A stretch of 64,000 nt of DNA, taken from positions 4,270-68,269 of the forward strand of contig JBGQGH010000002.1 of assembly GCA_041497315.1 (NCBI GenBank), read 5' to 3'. Position 1 is the stretch's first letter. Every line of letters starts with the position of its first letter. The notes under the pieces are model-generated. The model made no database searches and was not told the DNA's origin. It saw only the letters and a list, made by a program, of their open reading frames with translations. A program made the position numbers and the translations under genes. Below, piece by piece: positions 28,489-37,051 of the stretch. The stretch is from Terriglobia bacterium. GTDB taxonomy: Bacteria; Acidobacteriota; Terriglobia; Acidiferrales; UBA7541.

Positions 28489-31400
28489 CTACAAGTCCGA
28501 CTGCGGCGCTCCTGGCTGCAAAGTTCCACGGCGTAGCGCGCGCTCTTTCATCAAAGCGAAAAACACAGGTACCAGAATCAAAACGTGAATCGTTGATGTG
28601 ATCATGCCTCCCACGATGGGAGCGGCGATTGGTTTCATCACGTCTGAGCCGATACCGGTTGACCAGAGGATGGGAATCAGACTCGCGAGGACTGCGGAGA
28701 CGGTCATCAACTTGGGCCGCAGACGCTGGACTGCTCCTTCGATCACCGCAGCTTCGATGTCCTCGTGCTTGAGTGGCGCGCCTTTTGCGAGCCGGTGATC
28801 GAGAGCTTCGTGCAAATAGACGACCATAACCACGCCGGTCTCCACGGCGATGCCGAACAGTGCGATGTAGCCGACCCAAACGGCCACGCTAAAGTTGTAC
28901 TTGAAGAGCCACTGGAGAATGAGGCCGCCAGTCATCGCGTAGAAGGTGGGAAAAATCAGCACGATGGATTCCGTCACCGAATGGAAGACGATGTAAAGCA
29001 GCATGAAAATGACAAAGAACACGATCGGGAGAATGATTTTCAGAGTTGCCTTGGCGCGCAACTGGAATTCATATTCTCCGGACCATTTGTATGTGTAACC
29101 TGTCGGCAGCCGCAGTTTTTGTTGCAGCAGACTTGAGGCTTGCTGGACGAATCCGCCGTAATCCGTTGTGTTCAGGTCAATGTACACGTAGCCGGTGAGC
29201 TGAGCTTCCTCGTCCCGAATCATGGCAGGTCCGCGGGAGAACGATAGGGTCGCCACTTGTTCGATGGGGATCTGGGCGCCCGAAGGAGTTGCGATGAGTA
29301 CCCGGCGAAGCTCGTCTACGTTGTCGCGGAAATCGCGCTGGTAACGCACATTGATGGGGTAACGTTCGCGGCCCTCGACGTTCTGCGCGACATTCATGCC
29401 GCCGATTCCCGAAGCCACCGCTTGTTGCACATCAGCGATCGTGAGACCGTACTTGGCCGCTTCCGGCCGGTTCACCTCTACGTTCACATAAAAACCCTGG
29501 GAAACGCGCTCGGCAAACACGGAACGAACCTGCGGCACACCTGACAGGATTTGCTGTATTTGAGCGCCGATCTGCTGAATATCTTCGAGCTTGGGGCCTT
29601 GAATTTTCATTCCCAGCGGCGTTTTGATTCCTGTCAACGCCATGTCGAGACGGTTCTGGACCGGCATCGTCCACGTGTTGCTTAATCCGGGGAACTTGAG
29701 TTTCTCGTCCATCTCGAGGATGAGCTTTTCGTAGGTCATGCCGGGCCGCCATTTGTCGCGCGGCTTGAGCATGACTGTCGTGTCGTACATGTCGAGCGGG
29801 GCGTTGTCTGTTGCGCTATCCGAACGCCCAACGGCACCGAAGACCGTGTCCACTTCGGGGAACGAGCGGAGAATTCGATCTTGCTCCTGCAACAATTTGG
29901 AAGCCTCAACGATGGAAAGGCCCGGCAGAGATGTGGGCATGTACAACGACGAGCCCTCATAGAGCGACGGCATGAATTGGCTGCCGAGCTTGAACATCAA
30001 TGGAAAGGTAACGATCAGAAAAATGAGGTTAACCAGCAGCGTGGTTTTCCGGTACTTCAAGCAGAGCCGCAGCACAGGGAGATACATCGCCCGTGTCACT
30101 CGCGAAACGGGATTCTCTGACTCGGGGCGCAATTTTCCTTTGATGAACATGACCATCAGAACGGGAACGAGCGTGATCGCCAGTAATGAAGAGAACCCCA
30201 CAGCGAGCGTCTTCGTCCAAGCCAGTGGCTTGAACATCCGTCCTTCCTGGGCTTCGAGCAGGAACACCGGAAGAAATGAAACGACGATGATCACGAGCGA
30301 GAAGAACAGCGCCGGGCCAACTTGCTTGGCGGCGTCACTGAGTATGCGCCGACGCTCGGGGTCCGTTACCGTTCCAACCGTTGTTGGCGGCGCTACTCTA
30401 GGTGGCTCGGGCGCGATCAGCCCATTGGCAGTATCCATTTCGTGCGAAGCATTCGAACCCACTGACGCTTGCCGCTCGGCGAGGTGCCGGTATCCGTTCT
30501 CCACCATCACGATCGCGGCATCAACGAGAACTCCAATCGCCAGCGCCAAGCCGCCAAGTGACATAATGTTGGAACTCACATGCAGGTAATACATCGGGAT
30601 GAAGGATGCAACCACGGCAATAGGCAGAGTCAGGATCGGAATCAGCGCCGAACGGAAGTGGAATAAGAAGATGACGATCACGAGGCTTACGATGATCGAT
30701 TCTTCGAGCAGGGCGCGCTGCAGGGTCTTGATCGATTCTTGAATCAAGCCAGCGCGGTCGTATCCGGCGACTATCTCCACGCCCGGCGGCAGCGAGCCTT
30801 TGATCTCCGCTAGTTTCTTCTTGACCCCATCGATCACGTTCAGCGCGTTCAGCCCATAGCGCATCACCACGATACCGCCTACGGTTTCACCTTCACCCTG
30901 CCACTCAGCAACGCCGTCTCGAATGTCGGGGCCGAACGACACGGTTCCCAGGTCCTTGATCAGGACCGCCGTGCCATTCTTGGCCATGACAGGGACATTT
31001 TGCAGGTCCGCAAGAGACCGGAGGTAGCCAAGACCGCGAATCATGTAACGTGTTCCGCTCAACTCCAGAACGCGTCCGCCGACTTCATTGGTGCTCGACT
31101 TCACCCGATCGATGACAGTCGAAAGGGGGATGCCGTACGCGCGCAACTTGTTCGGGTCCAGATTTACTTGATACTGGCGGACGAAACCACCGATGCTCGC
31201 AACTTCCGCTACTCCAGGAACGGTTGCCAATGCATAGCGTAGGTGCCAATCCTGCAAAGTGCGAAGGTCGGCGAGGCTGTGTTTATGGCTGCGGTCCACG
31301 AGTGCGTATTCGTAGACCCACCCGGCCCCGGTGGCGTCGGGACCGATTACCGGATGTATATCCGGCGGCAACCGGCCCGCGATGGTCTGCATATACTCCA

Positions 31401-31731
31401 GCACCCGCGAACGTGCCCAGTAGATGTCGGTTCCGTCTTCAAACACGACGAAAACATAGCTGTCATTGAACATTGTTTGGGCGCGGACGGCTTTCACACG
31501 CGGCGCGGCTAGCAGCGCTGTCACGATGGGGTAGGTGACCTGATCCTCGATAATGTTGGGAGGCTCGCCTTCCCAGTTGGTATGAATAATGACCTGGACA
31601 TCGGAAATGTCCGGCAGGGCGTCAAGCGGAATCTGGCCCATGCTCCAGATCCCCGCCAGAGTCAGGAGAAGAACTCCTGTGAAAACAAGAAAACGATTGC
31701 GGGCGCACCATTCAATGACACGAGCAATCAT
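28489..31731 (-). CDS. cusA: CusA/CzcA-family heavy-metal efflux RND transporter
   Basis: MIARVIEWCARNRFLVFTGVLLL...DALPDISDVQVIIHTNWEGEPP and about 1080 aa with the RND 12-TM architecture. The ATG at 31731 lies 2 nt after the cusB stop. A 100-nt sample (30001-30100) is 51% GC. Confidence 0.9.
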   Translation of the reverse strand: MIARVIEWCARNRFLVFTGVLLLTLAGIWSMGQIPLDALPDISDVQVIIHTNWEGEPPNIIEDQVTYPIVTALLAAPRVKAVRAQTMFNDSYVFVVFEDGTDIYWARSRVLEYMQTIAGRLPPDIHPVIGPDATGAGWVYEYALVDRSHKHSLADLRTLQDWHLRYALATVPGVAEVASIGGFVRQYQVNLDPNKLRAYGIPLSTVIDRVKSSTNEVGGRVLELSGTRYMIRGLGYLRSLADLQNVPVMAKNGTAVLIKDLGTVSFGPDIRDGVAEWQGEGETVGGIVVMRYGLNALNVIDGVKKKLAEIKGSLPPGVEIVAGYDRAGLIQESIKTLQRALLEESIIVSLVIVIFLFHFRSALIPILTLPIAVVASFIPMYYLHVSSNIMSLGGLALAIGVLVDAAIVMVENGYRHLAERQASVGSNASHEMDTANGLIAPEPPRVAPPTTVGTVTDPERRRILSDAAKQVGPALFFSLVIIVVSFLPVFLLEAQEGRMFKPLAWTKTLAVGFSSLLAITLVPVLMVMFIKGKLRPESENPVSRVTRAMYLPVLRLCLKYRKTTLLVNLIFLIVTFPLMFKLGSQFMPSLYEGSSLYMPTSLPGLSIVEASKLLQEQDRILRSFPEVDTVFGAVGRSDSATDNAPLDMYDTTVMLKPRDKWRPGMTYEKLILEMDEKLKFPGLSNTWTMPVQNRLDMALTGIKTPLGMKIQGPKLEDIQQIGAQIQQILSGVPQVRSVFAERVSQGFYVNVEVNRPEAAKYGLTIADVQQAVASGIGGMNVAQNVEGRERYPINVRYQRDFRDNVDELRRVLIATPSGAQIPIEQVATLSFSRGPAMIRDEEAQLTGYVYIDLNTTDYGGFVQQASSLLQQKLRLPTGYTYKWSGEYEFQLRAKATLKIILPIVFFVIFMLLYIVFHSVTESIVLIFPTFYAMTGGLILQWLFKYNFSVAVWVGYIALFGIAVETGVVMVVYLHEALDHRLAKGAPLKHEDIEAAVIEGAVQRLRPKLMTVSAVLASLIPILWSTGIGSDVMKPIAAPIVGGMITSTIHVLILVPVFFALMKERALRRGTLQPGAPQSDL

Positions 31732-31733
31732 GA

Positions 31734-33305
31734 CTACATCCCTCCCGTGGTGTTGACGGAGAGCTGCTTGTTCGCAATGGTCTGCCCGTTCTGGCGCGCC
31801 GTGATAGTGACCTGCCAAGTGCCCCCGGAACCCAAGTCGCCTTTGCCTTCGTACATCCCGCCTCCTTTATCGGTGAGCTTAATGGCCGTTTTCATCGCTG
31901 CCATCCCCATGCTCGGCATCGCCGGCATGAAGAACGTGACAGTGACTTCCGCTCCCGCGATGGGCTTGCCGGCCTTGTCGGTCAATTTGACTCGAACTGT
32001 GTTGCTCCCCTTCTGCGGAGGCGACGGATCGGTGGTCAACTCCACGCTCGCTTGCGCCTGTGCCGGGGCGTTCATCGCTGCAGCCTGGCCCGCGCCGGGT
32101 GGAGGTGGAACGAACGAACCGAGCGCGGCCTGAAGCTGGCTCTCGGAGTCAATCAGAAAGTTTGCGGAGGTGACAATTCGCTCGCCGGCTTTCAACCCCT
32201 TCAGCACGATAAAATCGTCACCCACGCGGGAGCCCAACTGCACCTCGCGCGGCTCGATGTAACCGTCACTACGCTCCACAAATGTAATCTCGCGGGTGCC
32301 GGACTGTAGGACGCCGGTTGCGGGGATAACAAGTTGGCTCCCCATTGAGACCTTCAGACCCACATTGACGAACATGCCTGGTTTGAGCTGCAGTCCAGGG
32401 TTGGAAAAAACAACGCGCACTTTGGCCGTCCGCGTATCCATATCCACCTGCGGGTAGATAAAGTCCACACGGCCAGTAAACGTCCGTCCCGGATAGGTAT
32501 TCACGGTGAGCGTTGCGGGGGCGCCGACCTTTACACGTCCGAGATCGTTCTGGAAGACCTGCGCCTGAACCCAAACGGTCGAGAGATCAGCGATGGTGTA
32601 GAGGCGCATTTCCGGTTGAACGGCAACACTGGGCAGAGCATTGCGTTCGGTGATGTAACCGGAGACCGGCGAATCGACTTCAAGGTCTTGCCGCACCTGG
32701 CCGCTGGATTCCAGCCTGGCGAGTTCTTCTTGGGGAACATTCCACTGCCTGAGACGCTCCAAAGCTGCATCGAGAAGTGATGCCGCGCCAGTGGCGACAC
32801 CAGGCACTGTGCTCTGCGCCACCTGCTGCTGATTCTGTTTTGCCACTAGGTACTCGCGTTCGGTAGCCACTAAATCCGGGCTGTAAATTGTGAACAGCGG
32901 CTGCCCTTTGCGAACGTATTGATACGTGGCATCGGCAAAGACCTTCTGGATATAGCCGGAGAACCTCACCTGGACGTAGGCCATTCGTCTTTCGTCTACA
33001 GCGACATTGCCGGTGGTGCGAATCTCGTCCGCAACCAATTTTCGTTCGACCTCGCCGGTCTTTACGCCGATGCTCTGCAACCGTTGCGAAGAGATTTGCA
33101 CCGGAACCAAGGGAGCTTCTGTCGATGGAGGAGGTGTGGCCATCGACACGGCCATAGAATCCTGCGCTGACGAATTCACCTGTTTGGTTTGAGCATCTGC
33201 CATCGGAGTCGCTGCGCGATAGCGGAGCCACAACCCAACGAGGACGAGGGCCAGAACGATGTTTCCAATCAATGCCAGCAAGAACCCCGTGCGATAGGTT
33301 TTCAT
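31734..33305 (-). CDS. cusB: efflux RND periplasmic adaptor (CusB-like) with an extra C-terminal YtkA/FixH-like Met-rich domain
   Basis: A membrane-fusion-protein core (barrel-sandwich/beta-barrel patterns) plus a C-terminal 105 aa containing FFMPAMPSMGMAAM. Confidence 0.85.
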   Translation of the reverse strand: MKTYRTGFLLALIGNIVLALVLVGLWLRYRAATPMADAQTKQVNSSAQDSMAVSMATPPPSTEAPLVPVQISSQRLQSIGVKTGEVERKLVADEIRTTGNVAVDERRMAYVQVRFSGYIQKVFADATYQYVRKGQPLFTIYSPDLVATEREYLVAKQNQQQVAQSTVPGVATGAASLLDAALERLRQWNVPQEELARLESSGQVRQDLEVDSPVSGYITERNALPSVAVQPEMRLYTIADLSTVWVQAQVFQNDLGRVKVGAPATLTVNTYPGRTFTGRVDFIYPQVDMDTRTAKVRVVFSNPGLQLKPGMFVNVGLKVSMGSQLVIPATGVLQSGTREITFVERSDGYIEPREVQLGSRVGDDFIVLKGLKAGERIVTSANFLIDSESQLQAALGSFVPPPPGAGQAAAMNAPAQAQASVELTTDPSPPQKGSNTVRVKLTDKAGKPIAGAEVTVTFFMPAMPSMGMAAMKTAIKLTDKGGGMYEGKGDLGSGGTWQVTITARQNGQTIANKQLSVNTTGGM

Positions 33306-34690
33306 CTCTTCGCTCCTTCCCCGCGCAATGACAGTCCAGTGAGTTGTTCGAGCCGAGCCAATGCGGTCTCACGTTCAGCGATGCTTTTCCAGTACTCTTC
33401 GTCTAAATGGAGGACATCGAGAAACGAAGCCAGCAGGGCTTGAAAGTCCTGACGATTGTTTTGGTAGGCTGCAATGCCCGCCTGGAATCCTGCGCGTGCC
33501 TGTGGCAGAAGCCCTTCCCGATAAATTTTCAGCAACTCGGCGGTTTTCTGAGCGATTTCGTATTCGCTTCGAACTTCAAAGGCGACCTGTTGCGATTGAA
33601 CTTCGGATTCACTGCGGGAGCGGTTCAGCTCAGCTTCCGCCTGCGCCAGTTCGGGGCGCTGTTTACGGCCTCGATAAATTGGAACGCGAACGCCAAAGCT
33701 GAGCATGTAGTAGGCGCGGAATTGACTGGGGTCAGTGCGTTGCCACATGTATTGGACATTGAAGTCTGGGTAGAAGTCCTTGTGTGCAAGATCGACTTGC
33801 AGTTTCTGTCTCTCAACCATCTTCTCCGCGCCAGATATTTCTGGGTTCTGAGTTCTTGTGGCGGACAGTAGTTCCTCGAAGGCATAGGGAAGAGGTGTCT
33901 CGGGAAGGTCGGAGGGTTCTATCTCCGGCGAAGACTGTGCGCGATTGAGGAGTTGCTTGATCTGTGCCTGCAACTTAGCCACCTCCAGATGATGCAGATT
34001 GATTTCGCGGAGTAACTTGGTTCGCTCAACCTGCGCTTGTAACAGGTCATGTTGATTCCCCATCCCCGAGCGGTAGCGTGCTTCCGCTGCTTTCTCAACC
34101 TGCTGAAGCAGTTCTCCGTCGCTCTCAAGAATTCCTAGCTTCCTGGACAGATAGGCAAGTTGGAAGTATGCCGACTTAACTCCGGCGAGGATCGAGCGGC
34201 GCACAGACTCGTACCGCTGCTGCACAACGTCAGCATCTCGCTTCGCTATCTCGCCCTTTAGCCGCAGTTTTCCGGGATACGGAAAGTCCTGAGAGATCCC
34301 GAGGCCAATATAGGCGAAGTCGCTGTTTGTATATCCGGCGAAGGGTCTTGGGCTTCCGACATTAACCTGTTGCAGATTGAATTGCGGATCGGGGAGTGTT
34401 GAGACTTGTGAAGGGATCTGCTTCGCGGCCTGCCAGCCTTGGCGCGCGGCCCGGACCTGCGGATTGTTCTGCTCCGCCTCCGTCAGCAAATCCCTTAGCG
34501 AAGTGACCGTTCCAGGCCGCGAATGTACTTGGGGCGGCGAGGCAATTTGAACCGAACCCGCAGTTTGCTCTTGGCCGAAAGCACTGGCTGTGTGCCCCAA
34601 AAAAACGAGAGGTACGGTGAAGCAAAAAATGCGGACTAGAAACAATTGAATTTGTGGTTTTTCACCGCGTAATGCCGACATTTTATTCAC
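33302..34690 (-). CDS. TolC-family outer membrane efflux protein (CusC-like)
   Basis: Signal peptide and two TolC-type repeat halves with coiled-coil regions. There is a 4-nt overlap with cusB. Confidence 0.85.
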   Translation of the reverse strand: MNKMSALRGEKPQIQLFLVRIFCFTVPLVFLGHTASAFGQEQTAGSVQIASPPQVHSRPGTVTSLRDLLTEAEQNNPQVRAARQGWQAAKQIPSQVSTLPDPQFNLQQVNVGSPRPFAGYTNSDFAYIGLGISQDFPYPGKLRLKGEIAKRDADVVQQRYESVRRSILAGVKSAYFQLAYLSRKLGILESDGELLQQVEKAAEARYRSGMGNQHDLLQAQVERTKLLREINLHHLEVAKLQAQIKQLLNRAQSSPEIEPSDLPETPLPYAFEELLSATRTQNPEISGAEKMVERQKLQVDLAHKDFYPDFNVQYMWQRTDPSQFRAYYMLSFGVRVPIYRGRKQRPELAQAEAELNRSRSESEVQSQQVAFEVRSEYEIAQKTAELLKIYREGLLPQARAGFQAGIAAYQNNRQDFQALLASFLDVLHLDEEYWKSIAERETALARLEQLTGLSLRGEGAKR

Positions 34691-34807
34691 CTCCTGAGAA
34701 GGCTTGTGATTGCCAGTGATCGAAAGAGTGGAAGTTTGGGCTGCGCTGCGAGTGAGAGCTCAGCAGCACACAGCCTAACTAGGGACACAAATAGAGATTA
34801 GGTGGGT

Positions 34808-35161
34808 CTAAATAAGAAGAGAGGCGTGAAGTTTATAAAGCTCTGGAGGAGAATGTTGGGGAGCTTCGACGGCACCAAGTGGTAACGAAACCAATCGGAT
34901 TCCCCCAACCGACTCGACGGGTGCAACGAGCGTGATAGCGGGCGCATTCAATGAAACGCGAGCCGTCGGGAGCATATTCGGGCTTTGCGCGGAAACCATG
35001 GCCTTACAGCAATCGTGGCTCTGATTTGCCGGCGTGCATGGCATTGAGCCGCAGCATTTCATGTTGTCCTGATCCGGCGTCACGGCAGACATACAGTCTG
35101 CGAATTGCAGGAGCAACAGAGCACCTGCTGCCAGCACGAGCAATAGTCTCTTGCCAGTCAT
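34808..35161 (-). CDS. small secreted Cys/Met/His-rich protein, first gene of the efflux operon
   Basis: Signal peptide MTGKRLLLVLAAGALLLLQ, then DCMSAVTPDQDNMKCCGSMPCTPANQSHDCCKAM (6 Cys). I recognise no family. Confidence 0.55.
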   Translation of the reverse strand: MTGKRLLLVLAAGALLLLQFADCMSAVTPDQDNMKCCGSMPCTPANQSHDCCKAMVSAQSPNMLPTARVSLNAPAITLVAPVESVGGIRLVSLPLGAVEAPQHSPPELYKLHASLLI

Positions 35162-35524
35162 TCTGTTTTGACTCTAGGGGTATTAGACGCCGGAGTCAAG
35201 GATTGGATGCTTAAAGTGGCCCTACTCTTCTCACTCGGCTCAATCCGTCAGGATGGGTGGGCGACACTTGGCCTGAATGGGTCGTATTCGGGTGCTGCAC
35301 TCTTTCGCAACCTTCCAGAGGGTCCGGATTTTTCTTGTTCGCGAACCTACCCAAAGTTTCCACCGAACTTGCCTCCATCCCCTTGAATCCCTTCCACTTC
35401 TCGCCACTTCAGCGCTTCCTACCCCTATTGACGCCCATGCTAAGATAAAACTGTAGCCATTCGTGTGCTGAAAGACCATTCGATGGAAGCACGCACGAAC
35501 CTACGGCTGGATCCCATGCTCACT

Positions 35525-35552
35525 AATCACGAATCACGGATCACCGCTCACG
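35525..35552. repeat. four tandem heptamers (AATCACG AATCACG GATCACC GCTCACG)
   Basis: Read directly from the sequence. Intergenic. Confidence 0.8.
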
Positions 35553-35606
35553 ACGTAAGTCGAGTCCCATCCACACGTTCCGAACTCTTTTGCACGCCGC
35601 TGCAAG

Positions 35607-35702
35607 CTAAGTCCTTACCCTGCCACTCTTACGAATACATGGGGGGGTGGGGGGGTACACCAAGAGTTCACATTTCACTCATTCTTCGGCACTTAGCTTT
35701 TC
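35607..35702. repeat. ~96-bp direct repeat, copy 1 (contains G7TG7)
   Basis: CTAAGTCCTTACCCTGCCACTCTTACGAATACATGGGGGGGTGGGGGGGTACACCAAGAGTTCACATTTCACTCATTCTTCGGCACTTAGCTTTTC. The imperfect second copy is at 35835-35930. Confidence 0.8.
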
Positions 35703-35834
35703 CGCTTGGCCAGCACTTGAACACTTCAACCCTTCAACTCTTCAACCGTCCTACTAAATCCTTACCCGCCATCACATACGAGATCTCGTTCCCGCAAGCC
35801 CTTTCGCGCCTTCACATACGTTTTTCACCCAAAC

Positions 35835-35930
35835 CTAAGTCCTTGTGCGCCTTCACATACGAAAACACGGGGGGTAGGGGGTCCGCGCCAAGAGTTCACA
35901 AATCACTAAATTTTAAGCACTTAGCCTTTC
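35835..35930. repeat. ~96-bp direct repeat, copy 2
   Basis: CTAAGTCCTTGTGCGCCTTCACATACGAAAACACGGGGGGTAGGGGGTCCGCGCCAAGAGTTCACAAATCACTAAATTTTAAGCACTTAGCCTTTC. Partial core copies (CCTTACCCGCCATCACATACGAG, CGCGCCTTCACATACG) lie at 35760-35820. Confidence 0.8.
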
Positions 35931-35940
35931 GGAGGGAGTC

Positions 35941-37041
35941 CTACTCGTACGCCAACGCCTCAAGGGCGTCCTTGCGGCTGGCCAGCCACGCCGGATACGA
36001 AGCGCCGATCAGCCCGCCCACCAGCGCGATGGCCGCGGCGTTCACCATCCAGCCGAACGTCAGCAGGATCGAAAGCGTGGGAAACGTGTGCAGGAAAAAT
36101 GCGCGCAGCGCGAACGTCATCCCGATTCCCAGGACGATCCCCGCCGCGCAAATCACCGCCGTCTCGTACAGCAGCGCCTTGATGATGTACCCCTTCGACG
36201 CGCCCAGCGATTTCAGCACGCCGATGTCCCGCGTCCGCTCGATTACGGTGGTGTACATGGAAAGAAAAATCACCAGGAAGCCGATGGCCACCGCCAGCGT
36301 AATCATGGAATTCACGAACGGTTTCAACCCGGGCAGGCTCGACGACGTCATCAGCGAGAGAAAATCTTTCAGCGGCCTCACTTCGTATTTCGGCAGGAGC
36401 TGCCGGATCTGCTCCATCACGTCCGGCGTGTGGTCCGGCCTGGTGCACTTCACGAAAAATACCGACGCTTTGTCGCGCGCCCCAGCCAAATTCTGCAGCG
36501 TGGACATCTGCACGAAAAGCCGCGCGCCCTTGCCGTGCTCGACCATTCCCGCTACGTGGAACTCGTGGTCCAGCAGCTTGAACGTGCCGCCCACCTGGAT
36601 GTGTTTCGCTTTCGCGGCCCAGTCGTCCACCAGTATGTCGTCCGGGCCTTCCATGTCGTGCCCCTCGCGGAACACAAACCCACCGCTGACCGCGCGAAAC
36701 GTTTCCGGATCGATTCCGTAAATCACGTCCACGCCGCCCGATGAGCTGAACTGCAGCAGAACCGGCGCCACCGCCTGAACGTATTTCAATTGTTCCAATC
36801 GGTCACGAATTTTGATCGGCATCGGCGCTCCGCTGAACGCCAGAAACACCGACGACGACGGCGGCTGCACCATGATGTCCGCTCCGATGCCTTCGATCCG
36901 CCGCGCCACGTCCTGCAGCAGACCGCTCGTCAGCCCCACGATGATCAGCACCAGCGTCACTTCGACGCCCACCGCCACCACGCTGATTATCGTCCGCATC
37001 GGCCGGTGCACCACGTTGCGCACCACCATCTCCCCGATCAT
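35941..37041 (-). CDS. ABC transporter permease, FtsX/MacB/LolC-E type
   Basis: N-terminal MIGEMVVRNVVHRPMRTIISVVAVGVEV, a large periplasmic loop, and a C-terminal FtsX 3-TM bundle ending SRKDALEALAYE. Confidence 0.85.
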   Translation of the reverse strand: MIGEMVVRNVVHRPMRTIISVVAVGVEVTLVLIIVGLTSGLLQDVARRIEGIGADIMVQPPSSSVFLAFSGAPMPIKIRDRLEQLKYVQAVAPVLLQFSSSGGVDVIYGIDPETFRAVSGGFVFREGHDMEGPDDILVDDWAAKAKHIQVGGTFKLLDHEFHVAGMVEHGKGARLFVQMSTLQNLAGARDKASVFFVKCTRPDHTPDVMEQIRQLLPKYEVRPLKDFLSLMTSSSLPGLKPFVNSMITLAVAIGFLVIFLSMYTTVIERTRDIGVLKSLGASKGYIIKALLYETAVICAAGIVLGIGMTFALRAFFLHTFPTLSILLTFGWMVNAAAIALVGGLIGASYPAWLASRKDALEALAYE

Positions 37042-37051
37042 GCTTTCCTCA

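Noticed and set aside
35465-36721. A 418-aa plus-strand ORF spanning the repeat block and running antisense through the FtsX permease gene.
   Set aside because: Its first third is translated repeat/G-tract DNA (...YEYMGGWGGTP...). The rest is the mirror frame of a well-supported permease gene. Its composition is typical of a high-GC shadow ORF.
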